Shown: positions 50,303 to 61,462, counted from the first letter of the stretch. The stretch is 64,000 bases of DNA from an uncultured Chloroflexia bacterium (GCA_963703345.1 OY969814.1:1248001-1312000); one strand, 5' to 3'. Numbers and translations are program-made. Notes: generated by a model from the sequence alone, not told the origin.

Positions 50303-53300
50303 ATGACGGTACGGCATCGCATCTCTCAGGCAGGAGAGGTAGAGGAAGCGCTCCGCCGCAGTGAGGCGAAATACCGCGCGATCTTCGAGAATATGCAAGA
50401 CATCTTCTTCCAGACGGATCGCCAGGGGTTCATCGTGGAGGTTAGCGCCTCAGTGGAGCGGTACGGCTACGCCCGCGAAGAGCTGATCGGCACACCGGCC
50501 GCGGGGGTTTACGAGGACCCGGGAAAGCGGATAACGCTGACACAACTTCTCGAAAACGGAGAGGTCACTGATCGCGAGGTGCGGCTGAAGGCTCGGGACG
50601 GCCGCGTGGTCGACTGCTCGCTCAGCTTTCACATGTTGCGGGACCCTGACGGCGCCCCCGCCGGGACCGAGGGTTGCCTCAGGGATATCAGCGATCGCAA
50701 GCGGGTCGAGGAGGAGTTGCAGAGGCATCGTGACCGGCTTGAGGAGCTGGTCGGTGAGCGAACCGTCGAGCTGAGGAGGGCCAATGCAGAACTCCTGTCT
50801 GAGGTTAATGAGCGGAAACGGGCGGAAGAGACGCTGCGCGAGAGCGAAGAGCGGTTCCGCTTGCTTGCCGCTTCAGTGCCGGTGGGCATCTTCCAGACGG
50901 ATGCTGAGGGCAAGATCGAGTATGTCAACCAGCGCGTGCTGAAGATCACCGGATTGACGGCGTTGGAAGAGACGGCGGACTGGCGCTGGGGCATTGACCC
51001 TCACCCTGATGACCGAGAGGCGGTTCTGGCGGAGAGGACGAAGGCGATGGCAGAGGGTCGCGTGTTTCTAGGAGATTTCCGCATATTGACGCCACAAGGT
51101 GTGACACGGTGGGTGGAGACACGCATTTGCCCTCTGTTCAACGAGAAAGGTGAGCAGATAGGGCATGCGGGCATGGTGGAAGACGTCACCGAGCGGCACC
51201 AGGCGGAGGAGGCGCTGCGCGAGAGCGAGAAGCGCTTCCGCACCCTCTACGAGTCCTCCCGTGACGGTATTGCGGCCGCGGACCCGGACGGGCGCTTCAC
51301 AGAATGTAACCAGGCGTACGCCGACATGCTTGGCTACAGCCGCCAGGAGCTGCAAAGGATCAGGTACCAGGACATAACGCCGTCGAAGTGGCACACCCTC
51401 AATGCGGACGCCGTCAGAGAGGCAATGGAACGCGGCTACTCGGAGGAATTCGAGAAGGAGTACACCAAGAAAGACGGGACGGCGCTCCCCGTCTCTCTGC
51501 GCATCTGGAGGATCGAGGACGAGGCCGGTAGGCCAATCGGCATATGGACCATCGCAAGGGACATCACCGAGCGCAAGCGAGCGGAGGAGGTGCTGCGCGA
51601 GAGCGAGCAGCGGTTCTCCAAGGCTTTCCATGCCAGTCCGCTTGCCATCGTCATCGCCACGGTGTCTGAAGGACGGATCGTTGACGTGAACGAGGGTTTC
51701 CTGCAGCTAATGGGCTATAGCCGGGAAGAGGTTATTGGGCGGACTTCCCTGGAGATTGGAATCTGGGTTGATAGTAAGGGGCGGGAGCGGATGGTCCAGG
51801 AAGCGCTCAAGAGAGGAAGCGTCCCCGATTGGGAACTGAGGGTCCGTACCAGGTCAGGAGAAACGCGCGTTTGGCTCGGCGCTTTCGTGACGATTGAGCT
51901 GGACGGTGTTCCTTGCCTTCTCGGGATGTCCAGAGACATCACCGAACACCGGCAGGCGGAGGATGCTCTGCGGGAGAGTGAGAAACGGCTTGCATCCATT
52001 TACGACACCGTTGGCGACGTCATTTTCCTGCTGGATGTGGAAAAGGATGGAGGATACCGGTTCACTTCTGTCAACCATGCGTTCCTCTCAGTGACAGGGC
52101 TGCCTGCCGAAGCAGTAGTCGGCAAGCGCGTTAACGACGTTATCCCAGAGCCGTCGTTGACCCTGGTGCTGGGCAAATACAGGCAGGCAGTCCAGAAGAA
52201 GGCAGTTGTCCATTGGGAGGAGACATCCGACTATCCAGCGGGCAGGCTCACCGGCGAAGTCAGTGTCGTGGCCGTCTTCGACGAAGGCGGGAACTGCACC
52301 CACTTGGTTGGCACAGTGCACGACATCACCGAGCGCAAGAAGGCGGACGATGCGCTGCGGGAGAGCGAGAGGCGCTTCCGCCAGGTGCTCGATGTCTCCG
52401 CCGACATGATCTACAAGCTGGATCTGGAGTCCGACACCTTCGACTACATCAGCCCGTCTGTGCTGGAAATGACGGGCTTCACGCGGGAAGAGTTCATCGC
52501 TATGGGGCCCCGTGGTCTCCGTCGCAGGATTCATCCTGAGAACTGGCCGGATCTCAGGCGAGGGTCTGAAGAGTTCGTTGAACTCGGCTCCCACCCCGGC
52601 TTTGAGTACCGCTTGCAGTGCAAGGACGGCGAGTACCGCTGGTTGAGCGACAACCGCTCCCTCGTCCGCGGCGAGAGCGGCCGCCCGCTGGCCTTGGTCG
52701 GCACCGTCCGTGATGTCACCGAGCGCCGGCGGGCGGAGGAGGCGCTACGGGAGAGCGAGGAGCGGTTCCGCTCCCTGAGCGCCGCCGCGCCTATCGGCAT
52801 CATGCTAATAGACAATAAGGACGGGATGGTTTACTGCAATAAGCGCTTCCTGTCCATTTTCGGGTTGCCCAAGGAGGAAGCCATGGGATTTGGCTGGGTC
52901 AAGAGCCTTCACCCTGATGACCGGGAGGCGTTTCTTGCCGAGAGGTCAAAGGCCATGGCCGAAGGGCGGGAGTTTATCCGGGAGTTCCGCGTTGTCGCTC
53001 CTCAGGGAGAGACGCGTTGGTTGAGCGTACACACCACGCCGCTCTTGTCCCAGGAGGGAGTGTCGAAGAGCCGCGTGGGCACCCTAGCAGACATCACTGA
53101 GCGCAAGCAGGCGGAGGAGAGGGATCGGCAGCTACACGCGGAGCATGTCCGAGCAAACGAGCTGCGCCGTATGGTGCGCATCTTGGAGCAGATGGCGGCG
53201 ACCCTGGGGCACGAGCTGCGCAACCCCCTCGGCGTAATCAGCAACTCCGCCTACTTCCTGCTTGGCCAGGCCGACCTCCCGGAGAAGGCACGCAAGCATG

Positions 53301-53815
53301 TGGAGATAGTCAGTCGGGAGGTGACGAGTGCGAAGCGGGTCATAGACGACATCCTGGAGTTCGCTCACGTGCCCGACCTTCTGCTGGCGCCGGCCGACAT
53401 CAATGCCATCGTCAATGGCACGATAGCGCGTTCGCAGATCCCCGCGACGGTCCGCGTGTTCCGGAATCTGGCGCCGGACCTGCCGCTGGTCGTCTGCGAC
53501 GCGGAGCGGCTGGAACGCGCCTTCATCGACATCATCACGAACGCTATCCAGGCGATGCCGCACGGCGGCCGGCTGGATGCGAAGACACATCCTTCGGCGG
53601 GGGGCGTCACAGTTGTCTTCTCGGACAGCGGCGAAGGGATCGCGCCGGAGAACCTGCCAAAGGTGTTCGAGCCGATGTTCACCACCAAGTTGCGCGGCAT
53701 GGGCCTCGGCCTGACGGTGGTGCGCAGGACGATCGAGTTGCACAAGGGCGAAGTCGAGATCAAGAGCGGACGGCGGCGGGGGACGACGGTTGAGATTACT
53801 CTTCCGTTAGGTTGA
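50303..53815 (+). CDS. multi-PAS (7 domains) sensor histidine kinase
   Basis: Seven ESE..F/Y-started, D[IV][TS]-ended PAS/PAC units; HELRNPL H-box; NAIQAM, DSGEGI and GMGLGL boxes. Confidence 0.95.
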   Translation: MTVRHRISQAGEVEEALRRSEAKYRAIFENMQDIFFQTDRQGFIVEVSASVERYGYAREELIGTPAAGVYEDPGKRITLTQLLENGEVTDREVRLKARDGRVVDCSLSFHMLRDPDGAPAGTEGCLRDISDRKRVEEELQRHRDRLEELVGERTVELRRANAELLSEVNERKRAEETLRESEERFRLLAASVPVGIFQTDAEGKIEYVNQRVLKITGLTALEETADWRWGIDPHPDDREAVLAERTKAMAEGRVFLGDFRILTPQGVTRWVETRICPLFNEKGEQIGHAGMVEDVTERHQAEEALRESEKRFRTLYESSRDGIAAADPDGRFTECNQAYADMLGYSRQELQRIRYQDITPSKWHTLNADAVREAMERGYSEEFEKEYTKKDGTALPVSLRIWRIEDEAGRPIGIWTIARDITERKRAEEVLRESEQRFSKAFHASPLAIVIATVSEGRIVDVNEGFLQLMGYSREEVIGRTSLEIGIWVDSKGRERMVQEALKRGSVPDWELRVRTRSGETRVWLGAFVTIELDGVPCLLGMSRDITEHRQAEDALRESEKRLASIYDTVGDVIFLLDVEKDGGYRFTSVNHAFLSVTGLPAEAVVGKRVNDVIPEPSLTLVLGKYRQAVQKKAVVHWEETSDYPAGRLTGEVSVVAVFDEGGNCTHLVGTVHDITERKKADDALRESERRFRQVLDVSADMIYKLDLESDTFDYISPSVLEMTGFTREEFIAMGPRGLRRRIHPENWPDLRRGSEEFVELGSHPGFEYRLQCKDGEYRWLSDNRSLVRGESGRPLALVGTVRDVTERRRAEEALRESEERFRSLSAAAPIGIMLIDNKDGMVYCNKRFLSIFGLPKEEAMGFGWVKSLHPDDREAFLAERSKAMAEGREFIREFRVVAPQGETRWLSVHTTPLLSQEGVSKSRVGTLADITERKQAEERDRQLHAEHVRANELRRMVRILEQMAATLGHELRNPLGVISNSAYFLLGQADLPEKARKHVEIVSREVTSAKRVIDDILEFAHVPDLLLAPADINAIVNGTIARSQIPATVRVFRNLAPDLPLVVCDAERLERAFIDIITNAIQAMPHGGRLDAKTHPSAGGVTVVFSDSGEGIAPENLPKVFEPMFTTKLRGMGLGLTVVRRTIELHKGEVEIKSGRRRGTTVEITLPLG

Positions 53816-54035
53816 GGAGGGCCAGGAAGCGGGCGTATGCCTCGTCCAAGAGCGCGCTCGCCAGGCTCGTACACCGCCACCTGGAAAGAGCGGCGCAGCC
53901 TAGCCAGGCCGCTGCCTTCACGCTGGAGCGCGGTCAAAGGCCGCCTCATCCTTCACCGGCCCTCCCCCGGCTTCTCGGGGCAAAGGGCCCGGATGTAGCG
54001 GAGGTCTTCAGGCCTCAACTAGAGGGCTGGAACGC

Positions 54036-54632
54036 TTACTCCAAAGGCGCATTCGCCCGAAAGACAGGCCCAGGCTGCCACGGCGTTCCGAGGGTCGGCA
54101 GGAGCCAGCGGTCCACGCCGATCCAGCCCGCTACCTTCCAACCGAGGAGGATCAGCAGGGCGATCACAAACAGCACCGGGTTGGTGCTCGCCGAGCCGGC
54201 GAGCAGATAGTTGAAGTTCATCGCGGCGCCGCCGAGGGCAGCAAGCCCCGTGAACGCGCCGATGATGAGCAGGACTCCGGCCGTGGTCTCACCGAGAGCG
54301 ATGACCCACGAGAACCACCTGTACCACTCGTGGTTCAGCATGAAGGTCAGGAAGTGGCGATACCAGTCATAGGATATCGGCGGTTTTCCCTGTTGAGGTA
54401 TGGCGATGGCGTTCTGCCAGTAGTTCTTGAGGGCCACGCCGTCCGGGCCACTCACCGCGATCCAGCGGTTCGCGCCCCATACCTTGTGAGAGCCGGCGAT
54501 CAGCCACTGATAGCCCAAGTACAGCCGCGCCGCCAGCCATAACGGGGCCAGCCAGGTGTTGCTGAAGATCGCCTGGATGAAGCCCGGGTCGCGCAAGTCG
54601 CGCTTCTCGAACGATCGCTGTAGGAAGGCCAT
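54036..54632 (-). CDS. DoxX/DoxD family membrane protein
   Basis: RLYLGYQWL.AG.HK, GETTAGVLLIIG, NFNYLLAGSASTNP and GWIGVDRW motifs. Confidence 0.85.
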   Translation of the reverse strand: MAFLQRSFEKRDLRDPGFIQAIFSNTWLAPLWLAARLYLGYQWLIAGSHKVWGANRWIAVSGPDGVALKNYWQNAIAIPQQGKPPISYDWYRHFLTFMLNHEWYRWFSWVIALGETTAGVLLIIGAFTGLAALGGAAMNFNYLLAGSASTNPVLFVIALLILLGWKVAGWIGVDRWLLPTLGTPWQPGPVFRANAPLE

Positions 54633-54832
54633 CAGACCCCTTTCTCGTGCCCGGTGAACACGCGCTGGGTCACCAGCTCCCCGATAAACCAGGCGACCAG
54701 TACCACCGCGAGGATCGGGAGGAACATGAGGACCTGGTTCTTTCCGCCCATGTTAAACACGATGAGGATCGCCGTCGCAGCCACGACGGCCCATGCCACG
54801 ACCCCCCCAGCCAACACTAAGGCCTTGTTCAT
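54632..54832 (-). CDS. small two-TM membrane protein
   Basis: 66 aa, AAGGAG RBS, stop overlaps the doxX start. Confidence 0.65.
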   Translation of the reverse strand: MNKALVLAGGVVAWAVVAATAILIVFNMGGKNQVLMFLPILAVVLVAWFIGELVTQRVFTGHEKGV

Positions 54833-55118
54833 GCATCTCTCCTTCTGCGAGTTTCTCCCGACGCTGTGCCGAAGGGGGCGTATCCCCCGGTCACGCCGTA
54901 TACGACCACCGTCTGGTCAACTACCGTGTCGCGACATGCACGTGGTGCAAGAAGCGGCGGCCGCTCTCGGCCTGCGACCCGTCGCTGCCCGATCGGGCCT
55001 CCTGAGCCACGCAATATAGGAGCGCAGGCCGCGAATTGGAATCTGTGGCGTCTGTAGAAGCCACGGATTTCGGCCCTCAGACACAACGAGAGCTAGGTGC
55101 GCTCTGATGTGTCCACTC

Positions 55119-56153
55119 CTATGGCAAGGGGTAAACGGGCACCGTTGCCTTGTTCAGCCCAAGGCTAACGACGCGTGTGTTGGTGGTGTTGGACTCCCAC
55201 ACCCCGTAGTACTCGCTGGTGATCCTGTTAGCGACAATACGCGTGTCTGTCACCGGGGCCACCGCCCCCACCACGATGATCCCGGCTCCTTTGGTGGGAT
55301 CAGTGAGACCCACCTCCGGGTCGAAGCCATTGCCGCTGATCCTGTTCCCCAGCACCACGGTTCCAGCGACGGTGTCGCCTGGGGCGTTGCTGTGAATTAT
55401 GACGCCCGGGAGGAAGTTATCGGTGATCGTGTTGAGGAATACCCAGTTGTGCGTGGCTGACGTGCCGGGCGTGTCAGCGGCCACGATAATACCGGCCGGA
55501 TTGTGACTGACGGAGTTACGGGCCACGAGGTTGTGATCAACGCCTTCGCCGACGTTGAACGCAGCGAGGACGATCCCGCAGCCGACCATATTGCCAGTAA
55601 TGTCGTTCCCGACAATGGTGTTGCCCGTTGCGGGGCGAGGGCTGCCGGGGCCGGGGGCGCCAGGGTCAATGGGCCCGTCGTCCAGGACGGCAATGCCCCC
55701 GTCAGCCAGGTTGCCAGTCACGATATTGCCTCGGACCACCGAGTCGCTAGTGCCGACGAGTGCGATCGCCTTGTTCTGGATGACCCCTGGCGTAGGGGAC
55801 ACCCCGTTGCCGGTGATCCTACTATTCTCCACGGTCACGTCGGAAGTGTCCTGAATCAAGATTCCATGATCGTAAGCGCCGGTGATGGTTGCGCCAGAGA
55901 TCAAAACGTCGCTGACCCCTGGACCCACGTACACTCCCAGGTCGCAGCCCGTCCCGTCGATAACGCCCCTTATGGTTTGGTCGGGGCTGGCGACAACGGC
56001 CGCCGTCAGACCGGTGGCTCCTGCTGGGGTACAGCTGGGGCCTGCGGCAGACGCCGGCCCAGGCAGGGCAAGAAAACCCACTACTAACGGGAGAACCAAC
56101 ACTCCCGCCAGTCCCACAAGCACCAGTCGAGGAATGGTTCCAGCGCGCATCAT
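55119..56153 (-). CDS. secreted right-handed beta-helix repeat protein
   Basis: Signal peptide; repeated N.ITGN...GI units. Confidence 0.8.
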   Translation of the reverse strand: MMRAGTIPRLVLVGLAGVLVLPLVVGFLALPGPASAAGPSCTPAGATGLTAAVVASPDQTIRGVIDGTGCDLGVYVGPGVSDVLISGATITGAYDHGILIQDTSDVTVENSRITGNGVSPTPGVIQNKAIALVGTSDSVVRGNIVTGNLADGGIAVLDDGPIDPGAPGPGSPRPATGNTIVGNDITGNMVGCGIVLAAFNVGEGVDHNLVARNSVSHNPAGIIVAADTPGTSATHNWVFLNTITDNFLPGVIIHSNAPGDTVAGTVVLGNRISGNGFDPEVGLTDPTKGAGIIVVGAVAPVTDTRIVANRITSEYYGVWESNTTNTRVVSLGLNKATVPVYPLP

Positions 56154-56473
56154 GCACCTCCGACGTCCATATCTGCCCTTGGTGGATAGTCTCATATTCT
56201 CGGCCCTTCTCTGACCAGGAAAACTATGGACTTAATACCTATTTTAGCGGCCAGGGAGTTTCTGTCAACCCCCCGCTGGAGGGGCTGCCGACATCACAAT
56301 GTCCGGATGGTGTGGGACCATCGGCGGAACGAGGCCTTGGAGCATCTGCCTATCACGCAGAGGGTCGAGTGCTGCCCTCCAGATACGGATGGAATTTTGG
56401 CACCCCACAATTCCGCCGGCAGCTCCCGTCGCGGCTGGGTAGCGTACCACCCTTGCGCCCAGCACACTCGCGC

Positions 56474-59400
56474 TTATTCCTTGACAGGGCTCTCTCCGCC
56501 TCCACCCGCCCGTTCGGGCAGTAGTCGCCGGGAGAAGCGCCCTTTCACGCCCTCAAGCAGGCTGTAGACTACTGGCACTACCACCAGGGTAAGCAGGGTT
56601 GAGCTGAATAGCCCGCCGATCACCACCCGGCCCAGCTCGCTCGCGATCAGCGCCCCCTGGTTGCGCCCCAGCGCCAGCGGGACGAGCGCGAGCATTGCCG
56701 CGACGGCGGTCATCATGATCGGTCGCACGCGCGTCTGCCCGCCCTCCACCAGCGCGTCATAGGTGCTGTAGCCGCGCTCCTTGCGAAGCATGATCACGAA
56801 CTCGAGCAGGACGATGGCGTTCGTCACGACGATGCCGACGAGCATCAGGATGCCGATCAGCGAGCTAATGCTGAGCGCCGAGCCGGTGACCGCCAGCGCC
56901 ACGATGGCGCCGATCAGAGCCAGTGGCAGGCTGAAGAGAATGACGAACGGCGTGAGCAGACTCCCGAACAGCAACGCCATGACGGTGTAGACCAGTACGA
57001 TTGATACCAGGATGGCGACGAACATCTTGGAGAAGCCCTCGTTGATGTCCGATGAGATGCCGCCAGCCTTCACGCTGATCCCTTCCGGCAATGACAGCTT
57101 GTCGGCGGCATTCTGCGCGTCTCCCGAGACCTTGCCGGTGTTTTCGCTGGTGATGTCGCCGGTGATGGTCGCCGCCGGCTTGCCGTCGACACGTGTGATC
57201 GTCGTCTGCTTGGTCACGGGCACGATGCTCGCCACAGAGTCCAGCCTCACGCCGCGGGCGATTTCCAGCGCGCCCAGCGCCTCGGCGCTATTGAGATCGC
57301 CGCCGGATACCACCAGGCTCACGCCGAGAGGCCCCTGGCCAAGGTCCGCCGTGGTGATGGTGCGGTTGGATGAGAGATTGGCAACACTGTCGGAGATCTG
57401 CTGCGGCGTCAGTCCGGCTGCGGCAGCCTTCTCCGGGTCGACCTGCACCTCCAGCGTGGACTGAGCAGCGGCGAGATCGCTCATGACGTTGGCGGTGCCG
57501 GGTACGGCCGCGACCGCCGCCCGCACCTGTTCCGCCGCGTCGGGCAGCGCACTCGCCGCCGCATCGCTTCCAGCCGAGACGGTTATCGAGATGCCGGACG
57601 ATCCCATGCTGCTATCGGCGGCGGAGACGGACATGTTGTCGCTGTTGGGGACGTCCCGCGCTATCAGGTTGCGAAGTTGGGTCGCAACTGTGTTCTTGTC
57701 CGGCCCGCTCTTTGCCAACTCAACCGTGATCTTGGCGCTATTGGCGCCCTTGCCGGAAATGACGTTGCTTACGGCACCCAGGTCGCCGGCGGTGCCGTTG
57801 ATCACAGTCTGATAGCGGTCGACCTTGAAGTTCGAGAGCAGGTTCTCGACGGCGATGGCCTGCTGCAGGACGGCGTCCTGGGTCTCACCGGGGCGGGCAT
57901 CAACCGACACCGTTACGGTCTTCTGGCCCGAGCCGGGCAGGAACTGCACGGGCAGTCGCGGGACGAGCGCCAGGCTGCCGACGAGCATCAAACCGGCAAC
58001 GCCGAGCGTTATCCAGCGGTGCCCGAGTGCCCAGCGCAGCACGGGCGTGTACACCTTCGCCAGAGGGGTATCGCCTGGACCCACCTTCTCACGCACTTTC
58101 ACGCGGCCGGCGATGGTGAAGCGAGTGAGCGCCGGAATAACGGTCACGGCCACCAGGAGCGAAGCCAGCAGGGCGAACACGACGGCGAGCGCGAATGAAA
58201 AGAAAAGCTGACCGATAAGGCCGCCCACCAGGCCGAGCGGCAGGAAGACGGCGCAGGTTGTCGCGGTGGCCCCGGTGATGGCGATGCTTACCTCGCGGGC
58301 GCCGCTAACGATTGCGGGGAAGGTCTTCTCCCCCTTCGCCATATGCCGGTAGATGTTCTCGAGGACCACTATGGAGTCGTCGATCACGCGGCCGATGGCG
58401 ATGGTGAGGCCACCCAGCGTCATGATGTTCAGCGAATAGCCCATGCGGTCGAGCAGCACAACGGCCGTGATCACCGAGAGCGGGATCGAGACCGCCGTCA
58501 CCAGCGTCGTGCGCCAGTTGGCCAGGAAGAGAAAGACGATGATGATCGCGAACACGCCGCCGATCAGTCCGTCCCGGACCACTCCGTTGATCGAGTTGGT
58601 AATGAAGGTGGACTGGTCGAAGAAGACGCTGAACGAGGCGCCCTGCGGGAGCGTAGGCTTGATCTTGTCCAGCTCCGCGGTCACCTCATGAGCGACTTGG
58701 ACCGTGTTGGCGTCCTTCGCCTTGACCACCTGGATGCTCACGGCTGGCTGTCCATCGGTGCGGCTGGCACCGTTTGGGGCGGCCGACGCCTCGGCGACCG
58801 TGGCGATGTCCCCCAGGCGGACAACGCTCGCGGGCGCGCCGGTGGTGGGCGTCGTGCGGATGCCGATGTTGCGGATATCGTCCAAGCTCTTGTAGACGGC
58901 GACCGTCTCGACCGGTAGGACGGTATCGCCGGTGGCGAGCTGGCCGGAGGGGAGGATGACGTTGTTCGCCTCCAGCGCCTGCGCCACCTGGTCATAGGTG
59001 AGCTTGCTATCGAGCAGCTTCTGGCGATCGAGCGTTACGACGACGTTGCTGAGCGCGCCGCCGCTCACAGAAACGGAAGCCACACCGTCCAGGTTCGCCA
59101 GGTTAGGGACGACCTGGGACTGAGCAAGCTGATACAGCTCCGCCTGGTTGAGGTCGCCCTGCAGGCTGAACGTGACGATGGGTATCATCGAGATGTCGAA
59201 CTTGAGGATCGATGTGGAGACGTTCGACCCGAGGCGGGCATCGGCGAGCGCTTGCTTCACCGCCGTTTCGGCGCTGTTGAGGTCCGTACCGTAGTCGTAG
59301 CTGAGCATCGTGACGCCCAGGCCCGAGACGGCGGTGGAGGAAGTCTTGCGGACCCCGGGGAGGCCGCCGACGGCGGACTCGATGGGTGTAGTCACCGTCT

Positions 59401-59596
59401 GGGCGATGTCCTGGGGCTGGTCGCCAGGGCTGCGGGCGATCACCGTAATCACGGGGAAGCTGATATCCGGGAGCAGCTCTTCTCGGACGCGGGTGACGGT
59501 GTAGACACCGAATGCGACCACAAGCACGACGGCCACGAGCACAAGTCGTGCCTTACCATATGAGAATTCAGTCAGCCAGGAGACAACACGACGCAT
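56474..59596 (-). CDS. RND efflux permease (AcrB/SwrC family)
   Basis: IPLS, AIGRVIDDSIVVLENI, GIVVTNAIVL, RVRPIMMT and GGLFSSTLLTLVVVP motifs. Confidence 0.95.
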   Translation of the reverse strand: MRRVVSWLTEFSYGKARLVLVAVVLVVAFGVYTVTRVREELLPDISFPVITVIARSPGDQPQDIAQTVTTPIESAVGGLPGVRKTSSTAVSGLGVTMLSYDYGTDLNSAETAVKQALADARLGSNVSTSILKFDISMIPIVTFSLQGDLNQAELYQLAQSQVVPNLANLDGVASVSVSGGALSNVVVTLDRQKLLDSKLTYDQVAQALEANNVILPSGQLATGDTVLPVETVAVYKSLDDIRNIGIRTTPTTGAPASVVRLGDIATVAEASAAPNGASRTDGQPAVSIQVVKAKDANTVQVAHEVTAELDKIKPTLPQGASFSVFFDQSTFITNSINGVVRDGLIGGVFAIIIVFLFLANWRTTLVTAVSIPLSVITAVVLLDRMGYSLNIMTLGGLTIAIGRVIDDSIVVLENIYRHMAKGEKTFPAIVSGAREVSIAITGATATTCAVFLPLGLVGGLIGQLFFSFALAVVFALLASLLVAVTVIPALTRFTIAGRVKVREKVGPGDTPLAKVYTPVLRWALGHRWITLGVAGLMLVGSLALVPRLPVQFLPGSGQKTVTVSVDARPGETQDAVLQQAIAVENLLSNFKVDRYQTVINGTAGDLGAVSNVISGKGANSAKITVELAKSGPDKNTVATQLRNLIARDVPNSDNMSVSAADSSMGSSGISITVSAGSDAAASALPDAAEQVRAAVAAVPGTANVMSDLAAAQSTLEVQVDPEKAAAAGLTPQQISDSVANLSSNRTITTADLGQGPLGVSLVVSGGDLNSAEALGALEIARGVRLDSVASIVPVTKQTTITRVDGKPAATITGDITSENTGKVSGDAQNAADKLSLPEGISVKAGGISSDINEGFSKMFVAILVSIVLVYTVMALLFGSLLTPFVILFSLPLALIGAIVALAVTGSALSISSLIGILMLVGIVVTNAIVLLEFVIMLRKERGYSTYDALVEGGQTRVRPIMMTAVAAMLALVPLALGRNQGALIASELGRVVIGGLFSSTLLTLVVVPVVYSLLEGVKGRFSRRLLPERAGGGGESPVKE

Positions 59597-59658
59597 TGCT
59601 GGTCCTCCGCCGCGCTAGTCGGAAATGAGTTGGCCGTTGAAATGGTCGCGGCTGCACA

Positions 59659-60048
59659 TCATCCCACGATCGAATCTACCTCCTTGACTATCTTATTCTC
59701 CACCTCGAGATTCCAGAGCATCTCCGGGACGTCGACGAGGAGAAACAGTTCAGATAGCAACAGAGTTTCGACCGCCGTGACTCCCAGATGTTCGAGCCAC
59801 TTGCCGATGCCGACCCTGACCGTGAAGTTGTTGGGCTCGCCGTCGATCAGTATGTTGAAGGCGCGGTCGGCAGCTATGACAGCGCTGAGGAAACCGCCCT
59901 TCTGCACCTGAATGAGCGTGCCGTGAGGGCTTGGCGCGGAGGACTGAACCTTGAAGCCATCACTTTGGAGGTACTCCTCTATTTTCCCCTTCAAGGCAGC
60001 CAAGTCGGTATTCTTACCCTCATAGTGCCGGACCTTTTCTCCAATCAT
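59659..60048 (-). CDS. hypothetical protein
   Basis: 129-aa ORF with AAGGAG RBS. Confidence 0.65.
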   Translation of the reverse strand: MIGEKVRHYEGKNTDLAALKGKIEEYLQSDGFKVQSSAPSPHGTLIQVQKGGFLSAVIAADRAFNILIDGEPNNFTVRVGIGKWLEHLGVTAVETLLLSELFLLVDVPEMLWNLEVENKIVKEVDSIVG

Positions 60049-60559
60049 AACCTTCTCCTTCTTGTCCCGTATCGGGCGTTCCCCGATACGGGATACGCCA
60101 GGCTGATGACCCTGGCTTCTCTTGCCTCTAGTGCTGGAACGGACTGGCCCGTCTTGCGCGATACTGCTTATCAAGTGGCTGCGTGTCGAGAAACTTCGGC
60201 TGCTCGTCTGGCCGCGTAACTTCTATGGGTTTCGTCTGCGCGACTGACTCCTCAAGTTCAAGTGTACTCATTCAGATACATGTGAGACAGGAGGCGCTAA
60301 GAGAGGAGGGTGTGGGGTGGCCTAGCTGTCGCAAGGCCGGTGCTCGGAGGTCTGCACGGTGGGCACGAACGGGTGGCCGCTTGAGGGCAGAAGGGACGGA
60401 CGGAGTCTTGCCACACCACAGGCTTGCAGCGCGTGGGGTGTGGGTGTCAATATTCCATCCGTATCTGGGAGAGCGGCGAGTGGCAAACCAGGACCGCCGG
60501 ATGCCGGCAGAGGAGCGCAAACCCTCTGTCTGGAAAGCAGATGGTCGCCTCTTTGAGGC

Positions 60560-60590
60560 GAAAAAGGCTGGGCGAAATGCCCAGCCTTCC
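60560..60590 (-). terminator. intrinsic terminator following the tRNA-Gly fragment
   Basis: AGGCTGGGC-ATTTC-GCCCAGCCT then TTTT on the minus strand. Confidence 0.7.
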
Positions 60591-60607
60591 TCTATGTATA
60601 TGTGTTC

Positions 60608-60653
60608 TGGAGCGGGAAACGGGACTCGAACCCGCGACCCTCTGCTTGGGAAG
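60608..60653 (-). pseudogene. 3' half of tRNA-Gly(CCC), probable att site of an integrated element
   Basis: CTTCCCAAGCAGAGGGTCGCGGGTTCGAGTCCCGTTTCCCGCTCCA; starts at the anticodon loop, no D arm. Confidence 0.8.
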
Positions 60654-60787
60654 ATTGTGCCCGCCCCGTTGAATCTATGTGAGCCCCAAAGGCCGTGTTC
60701 GGCCCGTCTTGACCCCCTGTCTCCAAGACGTCAGGCCCCTTGCCTCCAACTGATGCTACCATATGCTTGCGTGTGCGAAAACCTCTC

Positions 60788-61462
60788 CTACCTCTGCCAG
60801 CGCCTTCTCACGTACCATCCGCTGGCCAGCAGAAGCGCGACGCCCGCCGTGGCTCCCGCGATACCGGCGTACGGCGGGGAAGACGACCCGCCCGCCGAAT
60901 CCGCTGCATCTGGAGGCTCCGCCACACCGCCAACGGCCGCAGCCGGGCCGGCATAGCAGCAGACCTTCGTCGAATAGTCGTTGGTGCCGTCGCAGTCCGC
61001 CACGTGGGCGTTCGTGCTGCCGGAGATAGTCGCCAGGCAGGTGTAACCGCTGCCGCAGCTCGATGAGTACTGGCAGTTCATTGCTGTGCCGGTCGCCGAC
61101 AGGCACGCCTGGGTCGTGTAACTGACGTCGCTGGAGGCGACGTGTGCGTTGGTCGTTGCCGATAGCCTCAGCACCGTGGCGTAACTACCCGTACAGGACG
61201 CGCTCAGGCCTGCCGGGCCACTGCAACAGATGGTGTCGGCGTAGGTCGAGTCACTAACTGTCCCCGCATGCGCGTTGGCCAGCCCCGACATCTTGAACAC
61301 CGCCACCTCGCCTGAGCCGCAGGACGCCTTCACACTGCATGTCAGGTCCGAGGAGGACGCCTCAGTCGTGCTGTGTAGCAGCCCGCGGAACATGCCCACC
61401 CCCGCAGGGCCGAGGGCCAGCAGGAGGGCTGCCGCCAGACCCACTGAAATCAGTCGTCTCAT
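60788..61462 (-). CDS. secreted Cys-rich protein with C-terminal sorting-signal-like tail
   Basis: Signal peptide; three S..[AT]NAH[AV] repeats with Cys; VGG motif, TM segment and WYVRRRW tail. Confidence 0.75.
   Translation of the reverse strand: MRRLISVGLAAALLLALGPAGVGMFRGLLHSTTEASSSDLTCSVKASCGSGEVAVFKMSGLANAHAGTVSDSTYADTICCSGPAGLSASCTGSYATVLRLSATTNAHVASSDVSYTTQACLSATGTAMNCQYSSSCGSGYTCLATISGSTNAHVADCDGTNDYSTKVCCYAGPAAAVGGVAEPPDAADSAGGSSSPPYAGIAGATAGVALLLASGWYVRRRWQR

Noticed and set aside
56474-59596. RND permease lacking adjacent MFP and TolC genes as a novelty
   Set aside because: Stand-alone SwrC-like RND pumps are common in monoderm bacteria.
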